NCBI RefSeq assembly: GCF_000008625.1
Contig: NC_000918.1
Location: 1,500,001 to 1,532,000 of the forward strand
Reading direction: 5' to 3'
Length of the DNA: 32,000 bases
DNA from: Aquifex aeolicus VF5
Lineage (GTDB): Bacteria; Aquificota; Aquificia; Aquificales; Aquificaceae
Below are positions 26,912 to 32,000 of the stretch, one piece after another. The notes below the pieces were generated by a model. The model made no database searches. It saw nothing but the letters and a program-made list of their open reading frames with translations, and was not told where the DNA came from. Positions within the stretch are counted from its first letter, which is position 1. Every line of letters begins with the position of its first letter. The position numbers and the translations under genes were made by a program.

Positions 26912-28321
26912 CTAAAAGGGGTGAGAAGTGTGTGCACCTATTACAAAGTTAAACTGGAAGATAAACTCGTTTATCGTTTTCCTCTTATCCTCTTTGTAGA
27001 AGGCTCTGTTCTGCCCGAGTTGAAGTCTTATACGGGAAAATTCAGTGGGATTGAATTCAAGCATCCAGTAATAAGCGGAAAGGTCATCGGGAAGGTCCTT
27101 TTTTATTCCGTTCACTTTGAGTTCGTTCTTGTTTATCAGGTTGTATTGAATTCCGGTTCTCCATCTCCTGTCAAACTTCCAAACAACTTGGGCATACAGT
27201 CCTCCCTGCTTTTTTGTTAGCGGGGAAGTACTTTCAGGAGTGTACTTTGTGCCTTCTTGTCTTCTGTACAAATACTCCCCCTGAAAAGCGAGGTATCTGT
27301 AAGAGTCTATAAAGTACTTCGCAGTAAGGTCTAAGCCGTATATTTTCGTTCTTCCCGCAAAGGCGTGAGGCTCTTCCTCGTCTTCTAAGTGGTTTATCCT
27401 CGTTCTTCCGTAGGCGTAAGAAATCCCTCCGAGCAAGGATAAATTTCCTACATCAAATGAAGTCTTTAAAAATCCTACGTAGAGGTTTGGCTTTGGAGTG
27501 TCCGGTACGCGTAGGTCTTCATTCACAGAAAATCCTTCCGTTCCGAAACTCATCTCATTTTCTCCCTGTAAAACTTCCGCTCCGAGTAAGAGGTAAAAGG
27601 GCACCGGTGCGAGCCAGTTAACTTGAACTCCCTTTTCTATCAATCCCTCACCCAAGAAAACCTTATAAACGAGGGGAGGATTTGCGAATTCCCATACGTG
27701 GGGATGCTGGGAGTTAAGTCTTCCGAAGGAACTCCTGAACTTACCCACCTTCACCTGAAAACCGTAAGGGAGACCTCTCGTCACCGCATAAGCCTCTTCA
27801 ACTGTAGAACCATCCTCCGAAAAGGGAATGGTAGCGTAAAGGTCAAAGTAGGGGTCAACCGGAGCGTAAAGGAACAGCTCCGCGTAGTTCAAATTAAAAC
27901 CGCGCTTTTCATTAAGTTCACCGTGTTCGTGTCCCCCGTGTCCGTGGTAGAGTGCGGGAATTTCAAGCTCCTTTAATTCGGAATCCTTCTTGTTGCGTCC
28001 CACAAAAGAAAAGTCCAGTATCAGGGAAATGTCTGGAAGAAACGCTTTCTGGGAAAAGGGTGATACCTGGTAAGCTCCGAGTCTTTCCTCGTATTTTGTC
28101 CTTATCTTGAGCGTTCTGTCCGCGGGTGTAGGTTTCAAGGCTACCGCCTCTTTTTTCTTTTCTTCTTCTTTCTTGGCTTTCTCAAGCTCTTCTAAACGCC
28201 TTTCTATCTCTTGAATTTTTTTCTTATACTCTTCCAAAAGCCTTTTCAAATCTTCAACACTTTCCTGAGAAAAAGCCACACTTATGAACAAAATTGAAAG
28301 TAAAAGGACATACTTTTTCAT
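26912..28321 (-). CDS. Outer-membrane beta-barrel (porin-like) protein with N-terminal coiled coil and a His-rich motif
   Basis: Signal peptide MKKYVLLLSILFISVAFS. Charged heptad segment at about residues 22-57. HGHGGHEHGE at residues 126-135 (nt 27917-27946). Alternating amphipathic strands and a C-terminal Phe (TSHPF). Confidence 0.7.
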   Translation of the reverse strand: MKKYVLLLSILFISVAFSQESVEDLKRLLEEYKKKIQEIERRLEELEKAKKEEEKKKEAVALKPTPADRTLKIRTKYEERLGAYQVSPFSQKAFLPDISLILDFSFVGRNKKDSELKELEIPALYHGHGGHEHGELNEKRGFNLNYAELFLYAPVDPYFDLYATIPFSEDGSTVEEAYAVTRGLPYGFQVKVGKFRSSFGRLNSQHPHVWEFANPPLVYKVFLGEGLIEKGVQVNWLAPVPFYLLLGAEVLQGENEMSFGTEGFSVNEDLRVPDTPKPNLYVGFLKTSFDVGNLSLLGGISYAYGRTRINHLEDEEEPHAFAGRTKIYGLDLTAKYFIDSYRYLAFQGEYLYRRQEGTKYTPESTSPLTKKQGGLYAQVVWKFDRRWRTGIQYNLINKNELKVNGIKKDLPDDLSAYYWMLEFNPTEFSRIRLQLGQNRAFYKEDKRKTINEFIFQFNFVIGAHTSHPF

Positions 28322-28328
28322 AACTACA

Positions 28329-28389
28329 CACCTCCTGCAGTTTTTTTTAGAAAAAAAAGCGTTTTGGAATTTTTAGACCGCAGGAGGTG
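28329..28389 (-). promoter_or_regulatory. Inverted repeat able to sequester the barrel gene's Shine-Dalgarno; candidate translational-coupling hairpin
   Basis: On the minus-strand RNA, CACCUCCUGC (28380-28389, last codons of the mini-ORF) is complementary to GCAGGAGGUG (28329-28338, the Shine-Dalgarno 7 nt upstream of the ATG at 28321). The loop contains U8-CU-A8 (28341-28358). Confidence 0.5.
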
Positions 28390-28636
28390 CCCTTGCGTCT
28401 TTATATCTGATTACTACGGGGACGGTGAAATTAAAAGCTTTTCTGGAATCTATGAAAAATACGGGAAAATTAACCCTCTTTGGAGATATTTCTGGCTTTT
28501 CGTAATTGGCAGGGTTGTACTTTACTATACATACGTGGCAGTTCGGGTGTACTTTCCCGTCGTTATGTTTATGAGTGAGAGAAACCTGTCCCTCAATTAC
28601 AAAGAGCAGTAAAAGAATTGCTACTAAAATTCTCAT
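28373..28636 (-). CDS. Small secreted His/Cys-rich protein (87 aa), DUF2946-like by recollection
   Basis: Signal-like N-terminus MRILVAILLLLFVIEG, the HKHNDGKVHPNCHVC cluster and a C-terminal ARAPP. First gene of the metal-transport-like cluster. Confidence 0.55.
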   Translation of the reverse strand: MRILVAILLLLFVIEGQVSLTHKHNDGKVHPNCHVCIVKYNPANYEKPEISPKRVNFPVFFIDSRKAFNFTVPVVIRYKDARAPPAV

Positions 28637-28661
28637 TTAACGTTTAGTATCTTATTTTAAC

Positions 28662-30346
<1,685 letters not shown>

Positions 30347-30745
30347 CTTTATCGGTTTCTCCCTTTCCCAGACTATAACGGGAGAAGCAAACTCCTTAGA
30401 ATTTCTAAAGGACAGACTCATTTACAAAGGGAACGTAATACTCCACAGGGACAGCTCAACGCTGAAAGCGGACGAAGTGGTAATACTCCTTGACAAAGAA
30501 AACAAGCCCTACAAGCTTATCGCAAAGGGAAATGTAAAGTTCAGGGAAAACGGAAGGAAGGCAGAGGCGGAATTTGCTGAGTACGACTTGAGGAAGGAAA
30601 TAATACATCTAAAGGGAAATGCAAAGATTGAAGAAAACGGCAGAGTCGTGGAAGCGGATGAAATAATTATTTACAAGAGGGAAAAGAGGCTTGTGGCTAA
30701 AGGTAAGGGAAAGAGAGTGAGAACCGTTTACGTGGAGGAGAAGAA

Positions 30746-31048
30746 ATGACGAAATCAGATATAGCTAAGGAACTCGCAAGGAGGCACGGCATATCCTACA
30801 AAAAAGCCCTCCTTATAGTCAACATGACCTTTGAGATACTAAAAGCAAAAATACTGAACGGTGAAAAGGTAGAGGTAAGGGGACTGGGAACCTTTAAGTT
30901 GAAGAGAAAACCGGGAAGGTTCGTAAAGAACCCGAAAACGGGTATAGAAATTTACGTAAAGGAGAGGTACGTTCCCTACTACAAGATGTCTAAACTTTTA
31001 AGGAAGAAACTAAACGGCGATAAAGAAAGGGAGGAGTGTTTGACTTGA
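30746..31048 (+). CDS. HU/IHF family DNA-binding protein
   Basis: GLGTFKLKRKPGRFVKNPKTGIEIYV beta-arm motif. 100 aa, with a short basic C-terminal tail. Confidence 0.85.
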   Translation: MTKSDIAKELARRHGISYKKALLIVNMTFEILKAKILNGEKVEVRGLGTFKLKRKPGRFVKNPKTGIEIYVKERYVPYYKMSKLLRKKLNGDKEREECLT

Positions 31049-31051
31049 GTA

Positions 31052-31124
31052 TCGGGGCGGCCGGACTTGAACCGGCGACCTTCGGCTCCCAAAGCCGACG
31101 CTCTACCACCTGAGCTACGCCCCG
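31052..31124 (-). tRNA. tRNA-Pro (anticodon UGG), 3' CCA not encoded
   Basis: Manual cloverleaf of 73 nt: acceptor CGGGGCG/CGCCCCG, anticodon stem TCGGC/GCCGA, loop TTTGGGA with G37, T-loop TTCAAGT. Discriminator A is followed by TAC rather than CCA. Confidence 0.93.
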
Positions 31125-31158
31125 TCCCGAATAAAATATTATAACGGAGGTGAAGAAA

Positions 31159-32000
31159 ATGAAAAAATTATTACTACTTCTTAGTGCAAGCTTTGCCTTC
31201 TCACTTCAGATGGATTTCAAAGAAGTTAAGAAGTTTCCTTACATAAAGTACGTCACTGCTTGGAAGGGAACACCCGCTGAAACGAAGGACGTTGCAGTTC
31301 CAAACGTCTACATAGTCGTTGGACAGAAGGAAAGTCCAGAGGTTCTTACCTCCGCCGCAAAGGTAGCTTTCTATTTAGGACAGTGGACGGACGGAATAGG
31401 ACTTTCACCTAAACTTGTAAAGGAAGGAAAAATCCCTAAGCTCATAATAAGCGACAAGGAAGTAGAGAAGTACAAGGACAGGAACCTCATAGTGATAGGG
31501 ACCAACAACGAGATAGTAAGAGAGCTGGGACTCAAGTTTAAAGAGCCGACCCTGAAGGTAGTAGAAAAGGACGGAAGAAAAATACTCATAGTAGGTGGTA
31601 AGGACACGAAGGAAGTGGTAAAAGCTGCAAGCTTTCTGGCTGACAGGGTAATTTCCTTCAAAGTAGGAGCTTACAACACTTTCTTTAACTGGGTAAGGGT
31701 AAGGGGAATGATAGAACACGGAAATTATGAGGGTGCTTACGACATGCTCACAGACTCAAGGGGCGTGCACGCCTGCGGTAGGAACATGTCACTTGCAGCT
31801 CCCATGATGGCAAAGTTCCCCCCTGAAGTGAAGAAGGTGGTAAAAAAGAGAAACAAGATAATGTACGTGGAACTTCCAAAAGCCTTAAAAGAAGAAAATA
31901 AAGAAAAGGCAAAGAAGCTCTGGAGAGAGGCTATGATAACTTGCTTCCAGTGTCACCACGGGATAGGAATACCTAAAATGAGGAAGTTTGAACCTTTAGC
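31159..32000 (+). CDS. Secreted protein with a C-terminal CxxCH heme-c motif (5' partial; runs off the window)
   Basis: Manual translation from ATG 31159 (GGAGGTGA Shine-Dalgarno at 31147-31154) is open to the window end, at least 280 aa. Signal peptide MKKLLLLLSASFAFS. CFQCH at 31942-31956. Absent from the ORF track because no stop is reached. Confidence 0.7.
   Translation, partial: MKKLLLLLSASFAFSLQMDFKEVKKFPYIKYVTAWKGTPAETKDVAVPNVYIVVGQKESPEVLTSAAKVAFYLGQWTDGIGLSPKLVKEGKIPKLIISDKEVEKYKDRNLIVIGTNNEIVRELGLKFKEPTLKVVEKDGRKILIVGGKDTKEVVKAASFLADRVISFKVGAYNTFFNWVRVRGMIEHGNYEGAYDMLTDSRGVHACGRNMSLAAPMMAKFPPEVKKVVKKRNKIMYVELPKALKEENKEKAKKLWREAMITCFQCHHGIGIPKMRKFEPL

Noticed and set aside
28341-28358. 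T8-AG-A8 palindrome considered as an intrinsic terminator between the mini-ORF and the barrel gene.
   Set aside because: The stem would be AU-only with a 2-nt centre, and it has no GC-rich hairpin immediately followed by a U-tract in the transcript orientation. It fits better as part of the loop of the larger Shine-Dalgarno-sequestering inverted repeat.

Overview
The window is a gene-dense (about 95% coding), purine-skewed bacterial chromosome segment. The protein sequences, roughly 43% GC, very GC-rich tRNA stems and E/K/I/V-rich proteins look like a hyperthermophilic Aquificales genome. By recollection it is Aquifex aeolicus-like; this was not checked against a database.

Most of the content is scattered housekeeping: fmt, panC, glyS, ppsA, gatC, recA, pilT, cmk, pgsA, recJ, a class II tRNA nucleotidyltransferase, upp, a Sir2 deacetylase, kdsC-lptC-lptA, an HU/IHF protein and three tRNA genes. 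No CRISPR array, rRNA, transposase, integrase or prophage signature was seen.

The best candidate for something undescribed is the minus-strand cluster at 24721-28636:
- a secreted His/Cys mini-protein;
- an outer-membrane beta-barrel with an N-terminal coiled coil and an HGHGGHEHGE motif;
- a ZnuA/TroA-like binding protein;
- an ABC-3 permease, with no ATPase gene in the cluster;
- an unrecognisable 189-aa protein.

A hairpin pairs the last codons of the mini-ORF with the barrel gene's Shine-Dalgarno sequence.

Two architectural patterns recur across the window:
- Genes that head transcription units lack a Shine-Dalgarno sequence and have a -10-like hexamer 7-9 nt upstream of the ATG, which suggests leaderless mRNAs. 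Internal genes carry strong GGAGG-type sites.
- All five convergent CDS pairs overlap at their 3' ends, leaving no room for intergenic terminators.

A diverged pilM/pilN-like pair and a pilT whose start lies inside recA are also noted. All functional calls rest on motifs read by eye from the supplied translations. No searches or energy calculations were run.
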